A stretch of DNA of 64,000 nucleotides, from assembly GCA_002189035.1 (NCBI GenBank), contig NEEC01000008.1:372001-436000 (forward strand), in the 5' to 3' direction. Below are positions 37,266 to 52,667 of this stretch, in pieces. The notes below the pieces were generated by a model that saw only the letters and a program-made list of their open reading frames with translations, was not told the origin of the DNA and did not search any database. This DNA comes from Utricularia gibba (lineage: Eukaryota; Plantae; Magnoliophyta). How positions within the stretch are numbered: position 1 is the stretch's first letter; every line of letters begins with the position of its first letter. The position numbers and the translations under genes were made by a program.

Positions 37266-39667
37266 CTACATCCTTGAATAGCCATGGCCATCTTCATACT
37301 GTTCCATGAACTCGTCGTTGAATTTCTTGAAGCTAGCCATGATTTCAGGCATGTCTTCCTCGGCAGGTAAGATGGTGGTTCTCAAGTGGAAGACACTACA
37401 AGTTATGTGAATGGAAATGCAACTTGAATTATTGAACAGAGGAAGTTCCAGTGTGAGAGTCCTAAGCAAAAGTGCGTACCCTTCCTTCTGGCCGAAACCG
37501 GAACCAGGGACGGTTGAAATGCCAGTAGCCTCAAGAAGCTTGAGGCAGTAAAAGACATCAGGCACCTTCCCAGCTCTTTTTGCAGCCTCTATTGCTCTTG
37601 GAGGTAATCGTATTTGTGGGAAGGAGTACATAGCACCTGAAAAGATAGAAATGCATTGGTTGCTTTGAGGCACGGAAGTTGATCAAGAGGAATAGTTTGG
37701 AGGATGCCTTCTGTAAAATTGCAGATGACGTTTCTGCAACTGTTGAAACCATCTGTCATTATGTTTGCTCTCCTTCGCAAAGACTCGAGAATTCCTTTGC
37801 TGTGTTGGAATCACATTACCGCGTTATGGGGAAAAAAAACATACTTTTCAGTACAGAAACTCTGCTCGCGGAATACCTCTCGCTGATAAATCGGTCATAT
37901 GATATATCTCCTGGTTTGGGAGGGTTAACCATGAGCCCCATCTGTGAATCATGCGGGATGACATTCCTATAGGGAACCAGAGGAATAGCAGCAGCATATG
38001 CGCACAAGCATGACAACAACACTTACAAATATTTGTGCTGGGACATTCGGACAGAGTGCTATGGAGGCCACCTTGTAGATCTCATCAACCGTCTGCAGCA
38101 AACTAAACAGTTAGAATCTAGATTCAGCATTTCATGGAATGCATAAATATCATTTTGAAGGCAACTGACCCTTGGAGGAATGTTAGTCATCTCAAAGTAT
38201 CCGCCACGCTGCCCACATTCTCCCCAATAGCCTTTTGAGACTGTGTGAAATGAAACCAACTGGAGTTCTTTGCTGATTGGAGGCCCCATATCCATCAAAA
38301 CCTTTTGATGGCTCGAAAGCACGAAGGGATCATCATGAAAAGGGTTCAGACAAACTTGCAGCATCATATCATAGCATCCATACCTTTTTGGCACTGATGA
38401 ATGGGCGCTCGTCTTGATAAATATTTTGCTGATACACTTCATCACCAAGTAACACCAGATCGTTTTGGTAACAGAAGTTTATTACTTCTCTGAGATTCGC
38501 TTCACTGAGACACTGGCCAGTAGGATTTCCAGGGTTTATAATCACCATGGCTCTGACCTGAACACAAATGCTCTCGTATTAGAATGAGATCATCTCTTTG
38601 GCTTCTGCACACCCAATGTAAGGGTGCTTACCGCTGTCCCTTGTGAGCGTGCCTGAGCAACTGAGTGTCGAAGGGCTGCAATATCGAGACCCCAGTTTGC
38701 ATCTTCATTGAGGTAATATGGAACAAGGCTACCACCCAACAATGCAATGGTTGCTGAGTAAAGAGGATATTGTGGTACAGGGACTAATATCTGGATACAG
38801 AAAGAAGCAATTAGCAGTAGAAAAGGACATGGAAGAATAAGTCAATTGAACATCGTTGAGCATACCCCATCCCTTTCATTACGAATGACTGCATTTAGGA
38901 TCTGCTGTACTCCTTTGCTAGCACCATCTGTGAAGAATATGAGCTCTGGATCACTGCAATGGAAATAAGAATCAAGATGAAGTTGGTCGAAAAGGAGAAT
39001 CAATCTGAGCATCTCTATAACCTTGGATGTCCATCACGTCTTTGAATGAATTCAGCAACTTCTTTCCTGATTCCAGGAATACCACGTGAATCACTGTAAG
39101 CACCTGAGGTTAAACAAGTGATGACTCAAGCTTTGTATTCTTCTTAACCCGAAATTTACGGCCAATTGAGATATTGTTCTGTTAAATTTGTTCTACCTAG
39201 ACCCCCTGAAGTAATAGAAATATAATGTTTCGCTCTAGCAATTGCATCTGCAGGAAACAGTAGCCCTACTTTTGGATCATCCAGCAAGAATGGAGCTTGG
39301 CACAGAGCAACCACCTGAAACATTTGTACTCAGAAGCTGCAACAGTAAAATGTAGTTTTCAACAGGATCAGTTGCTGATTATAACCTGCCGAGGGAAAGT
39401 CAGAGGCTTCTGTCCCAGAGCATGCGGATTGCCAACATTGGTGAAGATGATCTGCAACAACCAGCGGGTTATGAATGCTTCTAGGAATCTACGGCACATC
39501 ATCTGTTTAAACCCCGAATGTTGTGATGGCAACATCAGCAAGAAATCTACCTTCTTTCCTTCTTTCTGAAGTTCAGAAGCTCGAAGATACAGCTCTCCTC
39601 GGACAGCATACTGGCATTTCTTTACATTTTCGTTCAAGTTTTCATAATCCAGTGGCTTTAATGCCAT
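37266..39667 (-). CDS. GGAT: Glutamate:glyoxylate aminotransferase (peroxisomal), multi-exon
   Basis: MALKPLDYENLNENVKKCQYAVRGELYLRASELQKEG; IINPGNPTGQ; PLP-lysine motif SFHTVSKGYWGECGQRGG; C-terminal PTS1 SRM. Confidence 0.96.
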
Positions 39668-42483
39668 AGTGATGTTGCTTATAGACTCTGATCAGCTGTC
39701 CAAGTTTTAAGTGCACATCAGAACTCAATTCATCTAAATCCAGAAGTCCACTTTACAGAAACAGAAGACACACACACATCTTTTAACCAGAAATCAAATA
39801 AAGTGGTTCCTAGGCCATGGACACGGGTTGGCACGCGAGTCGACAACCAAGAGTAGCCGCTTATTCCCACAATAAAATATTTTCGGCTGGATTTATCTAG
39901 TGAAAAAGGTTTAGCTCTATACAATTAGGTTACTTCTCACAGCCGCCATCTTGAAAAGAGACGACGGCTAAGCTATTGATAAAGTGTTCAAAGAGACTAA
40001 CTGGGTTTGACTCATGATCATGGACCATTCATTCAACATAATCTCAAACTCCCCCAGAGGAAATACAATGAATTAGTAAAAGGATGGCATCAAAATTCCA
40101 GAAAAGACACACCACAGCAGCAGATACGAAACCACCTGGGCGATTCTTGTAGCCTCTGCGCCAATGGACTCCTCAATGAGCTTAAAAGTGTTCTTGTCTC
40201 TCAGTCTCCACACATTCTTCCATAAAAATGGAGTCTTTTTCACAATTTCATAAAAAATGTATGACACAGAGTCACGCACAGATTTCATTTTTATTTTTCT
40301 TAAAGAAACATTAAAGGGCCACCACAGATACTGATGTGGGGTGGATAAAAACTCGGAGCCTTGTTCATAGATTAGGATAATGTTTGCAATAGAAGAGTGG
40401 CTCTGCTTCAACATCGGTCCTGGTGTCCGGGACATGGCCTTTTGCAGCATCCCATCCCTCGGCAGCAGCAATTGTGAAGTAGAGAAAACAAGTGTCGGTT
40501 TCCTGTTCGCATGAATACACGCTACGGTTGATCACTTAAACCGTAATAAAGTAATAATATCACACAGAAAAAAAAGATTTGGGCCTATAAAAAGGTAATA
40601 CCCCTTCGTGTTAGGGTCAAGTGAACTCATACAAATGGGTCGCTCTGAGCCCATATTAGATCCAGGGGCTTTTATTTTCCAAAATGCATGAAATATTGTG
40701 TCTGTCGGATGATCAGTGGATCGAAAGGTGAATGAAATGGAGATGAAACTTCTCTACGCCTCAGAGACTGTCGGGTGATCAGTGAATCGTATCCATTTCC
40801 AGCTGCTTCAACCTTATTTCTGTAGTCTCGGAATCCAACTGCCGTAAAACAAATTGATTGAACCAGAAAGGCGGATAATCATGGAAAAGCGAGCAAGTAG
40901 CTTCCGCTTCTGATATGGAGATACCCCGGAAACTTCACCGCGCAGAAGACGAGCGCTTCTTCGGTAAACTCCTCTAGCTTATATACACGCATCTGTTATG
41001 GTGCTTTAGCTTCTATGCAGTGATGATCGGGGAGGTTGAGCCGGGCCAAATCGGATGATGGGATTCTGCATCTCCAGTATGCAGTTTCAGTGGATTCTCG
41101 TCTGAAACAGCAGAACCGAGCCGGAATTTAGGGAGGTAGAAGAGATTCTGATTCTTCGGAATGTCTGAGCCACGACAGAATGATGGTGTTCAAAGAAGTT
41201 GTGCATCTCATACGGCTGCAGTTCTTGGCAGCTGAGATATATTTCCTGCAGGATTTTGACCCATCATATTGCAGCGGACTGTAGATGTGCCCGAAAATGG
41301 ACGACATGACTAAGAAAGTACGAAAACGAAGGCACTTACGCTGCAGCCTCTATCTTGAATACCTTTATTTTTTTATTTCTTTGTTAAATACCTATTTTTG
41401 TTATTTTTAAGTATTTTTATTTTATCAATACATTAAAATATATACTGATATATAAACATTCTCAATTAGTGTATAAAAAATATATAAGAAAATTATTTAA
41501 AAATTAATATAATCTATAAATATTGAGTTATTTCGAAAAATATATTATATATAAAAATTATTTGATATTTATGTATTATATACGAAAAAAAACTAATAAT
41601 TAATTTATTAAAAAATGAATTCCTAATTCTAATTTTAAACTTAACTTTAATTTCAAATAATTATAATATTTCTTAAAATATAATTTTTCAAAATTTATAT
41701 TAATAGATTTCAACTTAGTTTATGTAAATCAAGTCGATGCCAACATTCAATAAAAAAATAATTGTTGAAAGTTTTAAATGATTATTTTATTATTTAATAA
41801 AAGAAATAATCATTATAACTTTCAATTATTTTATTATTTTAATAAATATATATTTTTAAAATTTTTTATAAATACCATATATTATACATAAATTTTTACT
41901 TCATTTTCACATATTTATTTTGTTTTTTTTCATATAATTTCATATTATCTATATAAACATTCATTTTCATTTTTACATTTACATTCTCATTCATTTTACA
42001 AGTACACTGATTGTTTTATTCATAAAGGTACACGTATTTTATTATGACAACAATTTCAATGATTTCACTATGCACATTATATTCGACGAAGCATCATATG
42101 AATATCCTCAACTTAAAAAAGGGATCAACTTCGAAGGTGAGCGATGACTTACTCTTACGACCATTATAAATGTATGTAAAATAATAAAAAAAATATAATT
42201 GTAGGATACATTTGAAAAAGTAAAAGAATACTTTAAAAATCATGTTTGATTCAGCTCGAAGAATAATTGTAAAAAGAATAAAATAGACAAAGAAAGCTAT
42301 TTAAATTAAGAGCGAAAAAGCTTAATGGTCCTATGATCGATAAAATCAATAGAAAAATCATTATTGGTTCTATAGTATAGATAGTTCCAACGCGAAGGAC
42401 ACTTTATATAGTTGATATTTCATATAGAACATGTATTTGTAGATTTTGATAGATTTTTAAAGTTCTTTACAACTATACATAAT

Positions 42484-42708
42484 GAATATGTTTGGTACAT
42501 GAATAAATTATAATAGGGATAAAATGTGGTATATAAACAGGGGGTATATAACAGTATAATTTTATCCCAACCTCTTTTTTCTTATTATTTTATCTCATAT
42601 TCATGATATAATTTATCCTGAGCATAATTGATTATACTACTTACCAAACATCCTATTTTTATTTTTCCATTTAACTATCCCCCTTTATCTTCTCTACCAA
42701 ACACACCC
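42484..42708. mobile_element. Tourist/PIF-type MITE remnant
   Basis: Imperfect terminal inverted repeats: ...atgtttggta at the left, taccaaacacaccc at the right, plus an internal taccaaacatcc. Confidence 0.5.
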
Positions 42709-44222
42709 AATAGGTAATTTATCAAAAAATATTTTTTAATAAATTATAAATTATTTAGATAAATAATCTCATATTCCTATAAAAATATCATAGTTTCAAC
42801 ATTCAACCTAAAAAATTCATTGACAAGTTATATTTTATAAAAATGTTAGTTGCACTACATATAAGGTGAATTTCAACCTCTTTGAGATGAAATTCATTGT
42901 GATCTATTATTATTTGTATTAAAGCTAGACTTTACAAGACTACATGAACGATGTCGAGGGGTAATAGATAATAACTAACAGATAAAGACCAATCAAATAG
43001 GCTACTGTGAATTCAAACTTCAAAAGAGCTTTTATTTATTTGACTCGTGTAGAATGAGGATCCATTTATTTATTTGTTGCGACATTCCTCGTATGATGTT
43101 GTTATCATTATTTGGATCAAGTTTTTTCACAAAATCAAGCATCATAATCTCTAAGATGATCAAAGTTTTTCAATTTACCATCTGTGATATTGGATTAAAT
43201 TATTCCTTACTCCTATGATTGGTTATTCGAAATAAACTTGAAAGTTGAGACAATGAGAGATAAAGAAGAAAATATACATATTCTTTTTCTCAAGAACAAA
43301 TCCTTTTAATCAAGATCTATAATTTACGTTTCATTTTATATTTCAATATTTTAAACATTTATTACAAACATATTACAATTCGTAATTGGTTAGTATAAAA
43401 CACTTTTCATAAAACTCAACTCTATATGATTGATACGCGTATTATGTTCAATTGTGTTTTATATTTTTATAATTAAAATTTATCACGTAATAAGTGGCCT
43501 TCTACATTCATGGCCATGACAATGAGTAACTTGTAGTTATACCTAACATATATGTGTGTTCCATCTTCTCTATAGATGTTTCTCTTCCTTCTACAAACAT
43601 TTTTCAATATAACAATAATGTCTACATTTATCCCTTGCACTTTAATAAGATTTCTAAATTGCATAGTTGTGGATTACTCTGACGTACCAAACCTGCTCAT
43701 ATGCTCGTATGAGAATAATATCTAGACTATGTCTTCTAATACAATATCTTGAACTTGAATTGTATTTTGATGAATAATATAAATATAAATAATCAATTAT
43801 TTTCTACGTACATAAGTATAAATAGTATAGATATAAATAATATATGTGTGAATAATTTAGATCTAAATAATCAATGCAAATAATATCAATGTAAATAATC
43901 AATTATTTTCTATAATATATAAATATAAATAATTAGTATAAAAGTTCACACATATGTGGTTTATATATAAACAACATTTATGTGTAGTGAAACACAACTA
44001 TATTAACATAGGTTATCCATAAGCCATATCCATGTGTGGTGAAAAATATGTATACGAGCATGAATTATACATAGCCACACCCATGTGACTTTTCTTAAAG
44101 TGAAGTTGCGAGTTTAGGATCACACAAGCATAGTTTGTTTGTAAGCGACGTTTTAAGATTACGCACATTTATAGTGGAATTTTCAAGTAAAATAACTTTG
44201 ATTCTTGGCTTTTTTATATTCT

Positions 44223-45393
44223 TGATAAACGAAAAAATTTTGCATATCATTATATGCAAACTCTTAGATCAAATAAATTTATAATCTAATACACATTCAA
44301 GCATAAAACAATTATGAGTATAGTGATTAGGGTCGAACACGAAGAACAGGTGCTTGTCATATGATTAATCAATGTATGTATTCAATGTACGTTGGTAAAT
44401 TGCTCTTAACTAGGACTAACACAGAATTACAACGGAATACAGTAAAGAAAAGTAATAAGTTTTGGAGTTCGGTTGTTTGTATAATGAAATGAGTGATGCC
44501 TTGGGACTCCTAAGAGATGTATGCTTATTACTAAACAAGCTCACACAAACCATAAATCATACAACTAACATACAAAAATCTAAGTCTACCCGGATTCTTG
44601 TTTTCCCCCTAATCTTTTGTCTATCTCTAATTAGGGTTGTTAAGCTGGGTTTCACTACTTCCCCCTCTTGGATCTATCCTGGTTTATTAAGGAAGTAGCG
44701 TGACTTATGGCTGATTACGTCTAAAGATTGATTAGCATGTTTCTCCCTCTTTCACCCCAAGGCACCCCCTAAGTGCTTAACCACTCATGCTTAAGGTAAA
44801 CGAAAATACGAAAGAAAACATTATTCACAGTGTACTTATTTCACAGTCGAATACCAGAAAGCAAACAAGCAAGTAATGTAAAATGTCAACGGAAAACTAG
44901 AAACATCGCTAGCTACTCTTAGCTAAAAGTAATATTCTTCGAAAACAGAAAATAATCTTGAAACTTTAGCTTCGTTCCTGTTTGTCTTCCTCCTTCTTTC
45001 TTCCCAGAAAAACCTTCTCCAGAAAAAATGTCGTGAGTCTCCAATGGAGAGATCTGCCTTCTCTTTCCATTTTTTCCCTCTTTTTGTCCAAAACTCCCCT
45101 TTTTCCTCTTCCTTGAATTTTGTGTGTACTCCTTTTCAGAATTCTATTTCATCATCTGCCACCACACTGTTCATATTCGACTCCTTGGGATTTGTGTTGC
45201 GAACTGCACTGCATTGCTCGAATAAAACTATTAGAAGGTTGAGACTAAATCATAATTTAGTCCAAACTAAGACTAAAATAACACAATTACGGTACTTATG
45301 AGCAAAAATATAAAACTAGACAGTAAAATTTAATTTTTGTAGCACAATATGAATCTTTTCCATGTACTTAATTATCAAAAATATGTGTTATCA
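44223..45393 (-). mobile_element. Solo LTR (Athila-like Gypsy) with intact target-site duplication
   Basis: TG...CA termini flanked on both sides by ATTCT (44218-44222 and 45394-45398); homologous to ~49982-51214. Confidence 0.8.
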
Positions 45394-46496
45394 ATTCTAC
45401 ATATGTGTTGGCGTATCATTATGTTCCTAAGACAATCCAATTCGAAAATTTACACCCATATGAGATGTAACATCAAATAAGAAGATATTTATTTCAACAC
45501 ATGTAAGTCATTATGAACTCTAAACTACTGAAATTTTAAATTTATTATGTTTTTCTTATTTTTAACAAAAAAAACATGTTTTTAATGCTCTTAATAACCA
45601 TGTAGAGAAGCATTAGAGTTTTGAAATATTCTTTTCTCTAAAAATATCACAAAGGCATTTTTTAAGTGTAAACCATGCCCATGTGTATGGAAGAATTCCA
45701 AAGATGATATTAGTATAAGTTGTATTATTATAATAAATTATTATAATAGTGATTGAGAGAATATTAAAGTTTATTTGAATATATAAAATTATCAATAATA
45801 TTATTTATTTTACATTTTATTATGATTTTCGATATTTATAAAAATTCTTTTATAAAAATATAATTTTAAATAAATAAAAACTATATTGTATACGTAAATA
45901 CAATTATTATGCATTACAAGAAATACACAGCAATAAAAATAACTAATTAAAAAAGAGCACTATTTAACTAATGTTTATCAAATAGGATTATTCTACAAAT
46001 AAAAATTTACAAAAGACTATTTCACTAATTAAGCTATTAAACACTTCATCCATGGAGGTATCAGTCTCATTTTCGCACAGATAAAAAAGGATAACAGTTC
46101 CAACTCTTATGTTGGAGCTCGGAGGAGAAGGTAGAAATAGTATTGTCACGTGTGCTCCCAAAATTCAAATTCGAATTAAATTGGGGTTTAAATTTTTGTT
46201 TTGTTTTGTTTTATTTGGTCCTTTCGTGGCTCCATGCGAGTGGTGCGACATCTCCGTAGTCGTGGTAGGCCGATGTGCTGGAGGTGTGGCTATTCAGTTA
46301 GCTTCTTTCTGTGCCTTCACCGATTTGCAACGCTGTCAAGCTAACAGTAGTCGCTCTTCTGAGCATTGAAGAAGCTTCTTCGCGAGCACCCGATTGATTT
46401 AAAGGCCCTTTATCTCCCCATTCCTTTTCCAGAAAAGCCATCTACCTCAACTTCCAGTATAGCTTGCCTTCATCCATCACCGTTGGCTCGGAAAAA

Positions 46497-47107
46497 ATGT
46501 GCGATCTTTGCTCCGAGGGGAAGATACCGCAAATTGGCGAAGAGCCGGAGGAGTTTTCGTTTACGTGTGGAGGAGGCGATGCGCCGACCATAACAGCGGA
46601 GGATGCGTTCCTCGACGGCAAATTGAAGCCGATGTTACCGATCACCTGTCCTTTTGAGAAATTGCCGATCAGGCCGCCTGTGAAGAAGGTTTTCGTGGAA
46701 ATCGGAGAGGCGAGCGCTTCGTGGGATGCCGCCGATGGGCCGTCCTGCGACTTATCGAGCAGACAGGCGGTGGCGGTGGGTGTCGATGCCTGCAAAAAGA
46801 GCAATTCGACGGGGTTTTCGAAGATGAGGCGAATCAAGGATCTGGTGGAGAGGTCTAACAGCGACGGGAGGGACACGTTTGTTTTCCTCGGAAGGAAGCC
46901 TCCGTCCACCGCGACGGTGAAAGTAGAAGAAGCGGAAAGAGGAAAACCACTGAGAAAAGTTAGCAGAAGGGCGCTGTACGAGTCTTACTTGAGGGCAAGG
47001 CGAAGGAGGAAGAGCGGCGGCGCACGTACCTCCCTTACCGGATCGGGCTAATAGGAGTCTTCATCAACTTCAACGGTGGCTTGTCAAGGAACATACATCC
47101 TTTCTGA
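46497..47107 (+). CDS. DUF1645 family protein, intronless, apparent 1-bp frameshift near 46997
   Basis: EEFSF...AEDAFLDGKLKP and CKKSNSTGFSK..RSNSDGRDTFVFL. The family-typical tail RRRTYLPYR..LIGVF....GLSRNIHPF* lies in a shifted frame ending at 47107. Confidence 0.85.
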
Positions 47108-47366
47108 GCTCATCTAATACACACTGAAGTGCATCCAAATATTGTGGTATCTTAAAGGAATTTGGAAAGATTGTAAAAAACAAAGGGCAAGGGATCCAAT
47201 ATGGATGATGATGAACGGTATTGTCTTTCACAATGAAAGCGAAGCACATGTTCGACGAATGAAGCGCCACCAGGTTCGTGTAACAAAAAGAAGACCGTAA
47301 AATTTAAAGGAATCGCAATACCACTAGGTAAAGAAGCAGAAGCGACCGCCCCGAATCACTTCAGAT

Positions 47367-48532
<1,166 letters not shown>

Positions 48533-49981
48533 TTACCATGACGAAAAATATTCGTTATCAGAATACCAGTCATACAAATAAATCACGAGAGTTCAGTTAA
48601 CAATATTTCTTCGAACATTCCGTGGAAACATGCGCGGCACCAACATAACAAAATGAAGACAATTGTTAAATTCGATTTCAAATTGTTAAATCAGGTTTAC
48701 TAATAATCAAAGGCGACACAACCTAAGGATCTTTCAAAATATCCAGAACAACATCACAAATATGTTTTCTGGATCCTGGGGTTCATTTTGAGATCGAATG
48801 CGACAGAGGACAAAAATTTCGGATCATCAACCGATCAGCGCCGGAAATCCAACCAAAAACATCAATCATTCTACAGAAACATGACCAAAATTCCAGATCA
48901 GGACGCTTGCACGTCAACAAACTATCAAAACCACACAGGTCAAAACTCTTATCAGATCTAGAAGCAAAATTCATGTCCTCAAGAAATCACGCGGCGCTTA
49001 GCATAGATCCATCAAGATGAGTACCTGCTAATACCCGACCCCGACGCTCAGGAAGGAATGCCGAAGTTTCTCAGGGCCACTGACCTCTTAAATAACAGCG
49101 TTGCCCTCTGTAGAATCTCACCTGCAAAGAAACTTCAGCCGTTGGATGCTCCTTGTGACTTGTGAGTACAGAGGAATTTCAATTGCCACCGCACACGCTC
49201 CCAATTAAAAAATCTCGTACATGGGCTTTCAATGGACAAATATATATAGGAAAAGCCCACTAAGATTGGCCTATTACTCACAAAGAGCGGTAATTAGAGA
49301 AAATAGCATTTTAAGTTAATTTATTTACAAGAAAATGAACTATGGTATAATTATGCTCTTTTCTCCATATATTATATTATTTTTTAACAGTAATAACAAT
49401 AATCATAATAATTTTATAATAATTATTTTCAATAACAAGATTTAAATTTTAAATAATATATGCAAAATGTATACGATAGGGTAAAATAATATAGAAGTAG
49501 AGATTATGAAAATGTGTGATGGTGAAAGTTTCTTTGAAAGTCAAAGATGGTTGGATTAATTACTCATTTAGATGTACTTACATTCCTTTTCATTTATTAT
49601 ATATCTAATAGAATAATGTAATTGACTTTTACAATTGATTTTATAGAAGTTTTATGAAAAATGTTTATGTTAAGTGTCAATTTTCACTATCCTTTAGGTT
49701 TTTTTATGTCTAAATATGATTAGAGTTGTTTAGTTAGGAGTTTATAATATAAAATTTAGGTTTTTATCTAGTTTAGGGTAATTTTTCTAAATCTTGTATT
49801 TTATCTAATGTTTTATCTAGTTTTCTTCAAGTTTTTCTAGAGGTGTACACATGACAGGAAATAAGAAAAAGAAGGCTACAGATGACGACAAAATGGATCT
49901 TCCCGAACTGACATCTCCTTAATTTATGAAAGACTGCAGACACCTAATGATGAGCCTTGATGTGCGATACACGAAAGTCTC

Positions 49982-51214
49982 TGATAGATGAAATCATTAG
50001 TTTACTAGTGTCAGAACATACGTTTTTTTGCAAGTCACTTCAGTGCAGTAGAACCACAAAAACTCAGACAAAGTAGTTCAATTTAGTTAAGTTCGGATAG
50101 TATATTTCTAATTCACCACAAATCATATAATAGATAAGTGTATAATAGATTATGGTCGAACACAAAAAGCAAATGCTTGTCATGTAATTATCAATAAATG
50201 CAATTAGTTTCATGATTTGTAGATTTAGTCCAAGTTAGGATTAAGTCAATTTGACGGTAATATGCAGAAATGCAGTAAATGGGTAAAGATAGATGTTATC
50301 TAAAATGGAACAAGGTGATGCCTTGGAACTCTAAGGGAAATGCATGCTTATTACTAAATCAGCCTCACTCTACTTATAAATCATGCATCTAACAACAAAG
50401 TTTAGATCTATTTGAACGTTTGTCTTCTCCTAATTTTTGATCTACCTCTGATTAGAGTTGTAAGATGAATGTCACTTCTTACTCTTCTTAAATCTATCTT
50501 AATTTATTAAGGAAGTAGTATGATTTATGGTTAACTAAGTAAAAAGATTGATTAGTACATTACCTCCTTTTTTGCCCCAAGTCACTCCTAAGTGTTTAAC
50601 TACTCATGCTCAAGATAAATGAAATTAGAACGTAAAGTATCATCCACATTGTACTCATATCACAGTTCGATAACTAGAAAAAAAACAAGTACGGAATGTA
50701 AAAAGTTCAAGTAGAAAGTTAAAGCTATCGTAGGCTATTCCTAGCTAGGAGTAATATACTTCACAATCAAAAAAGAATCTTCAAACATGAGCTTCATTCC
50801 TGAGTTTTCTTCTTCGTTGTTCTTCTTGGTTCTTCCCCCAATCTCCTCCTTTTCAAGAATTGTGTGATCTTGAGTGAGGGATATCTTTTTCTCCCTCTAA
50901 TCATCACCAAAATCCATCTTTTACTTTCCTTGGGATTTGATTGTACTTCATCCAGCTTTTTATTCATACTTTCTACAACTTTACTATTCTTCTTAGGTTT
51001 CTTGAGATTTGAGTTGGCCGACAATTGCTGCATTGCTCCAGGAAACAATTAAAAATAAAGTTGGGGCTAAATTATAAATTTAGTACCAACTGGGAATAAA
51101 AGATGCAAATGTGGTATTAATCGTAAAAATATCAAAATACATATAAACTTGAGTTTTTGTAGCATAATATAAGTCATTTTTCTATCTTTAGATGCTCAAA
51201 AATATGTGTTATCA
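49982..51214 (-). mobile_element. Second copy of the same LTR family, probably a solo LTR nested in older LTR debris
   Basis: Shares blocks with 44223-45393 (ggtcgaacac, gtgatgccttgg, atgcttattactaaa, terminal aaaatatgtgttatca). Flanks gtctc/atatc are not a clean TSD. Confidence 0.7.
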
Positions 51215-52667
51215 ATATCTTTACCACCTAGAATAACATATCATAGACTTTTGAGAGGGAGATCTGGAAAAAGAACTTACAAGAAGAACGGAGAAGACGA
51301 ACTAGGAATCAAACCCTCTTTTGAAGACTTCTTTTGCTGATAAAAAACAATACTCTTAACTCAAAATAGTTTTATTTATTTCACACAATTGTTTATGATT
51401 CCAATTACTGTTTATTTTTTGTTTCTTTTCTTTTTGTTATGTTATGGAACGAATATGGTTTTCATTTTATGTTATGATAGTGTTCTCCTTTCTCTTATAA
51501 TGAGTAGCTAAGTAACTAGGGATAGCTTGGGGCAAAAAGGGTTAATATGTTTGTTGTTCATTAGACCACACTACCACTTAATCAATTTAATTTTTAACAA
51601 ATCAAGATAGATCTAAGAAAGGGAGATAATAGTTTTTATCTTAAACATCTTTAATTAGAGGTAGATAAAAAATTAAAAAAAAAACAAAGGTTTGTGTAGA
51701 TTTAAGTTTTTGCTTATTAGGTGAATGATTTTAAATTTGAATGGGATAGTTATTGTAATTAACATATTACCTATGAGTATCCTAAGACATCAACTTATTT
51801 TATATTAGATAAAGATCTAACTTTTTTCGTTATTACTTTTTTACATATTATTGTAAAACTCCTATTTTTAATTTAGACTAAATTTACAATCATGACAAAA
51901 ACAACATGCATTAATCCTCACACTATAAACATATAGCTCCTTATGTTTAACTCTCATTCACTATACTCATATTTTTTATATGATTGGTTGTGAATTAGAT
52001 TTATAAATTTTATTTGATACGTGAATTTGCATTCTTAATGACGTGCATAATTTTTTATTTATCAATACTTTCAATATGATAGGAAGAAAGGTAGATAGTT
52101 TTATCTTATTTAAATTAATCACTACTTATTTATCAATGAAAATTGAAGTTTGATTATAATGTTAATAAAATGCCCCAATCCTATTGTATCCAATACTAAA
52201 CTAGTTCACATTTTCTTTGTCAAAAACATGTCCATTAATACATTTTCGATATTATCCTAAATAATGACATAGATTGGGGAAAATAGATTCTTTCAATACA
52301 TGTAAAAGAACATCACCAATCTTTAACCATACTCATCCATCTTTCAATACAATTGTCTCCATCCAAGATTGATTCCACCGAAATCTCTCAAGCAGTCAAT
52401 ATTATTATAAGTCGATTAATACTTAGATATTATTCTTTTGGTGTAAAATATAAATCTGGAATTATCCTTTTGTAGGTGGACAGGAGATGGGCTGAAATAT
52501 GGGTTCGGTGTTGGACATCCGGCAGAGCTCCGGCTTCGGTGTTGCGGCAGCGATTTAAATGAAATTAAGGGATAAAACGTTTGGAATTTCCAATATGGGG
52601 TTCCTTCAATTCACTGCACCCCAAGGACTACGAAGGGGGGTAGCGCCGTCATCAAGTAAAAGCAGAC

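Noticed and set aside
50794-51052. 84-aa Lys-rich ORF
   Set aside because: Lies within an LTR; compositional artefact.
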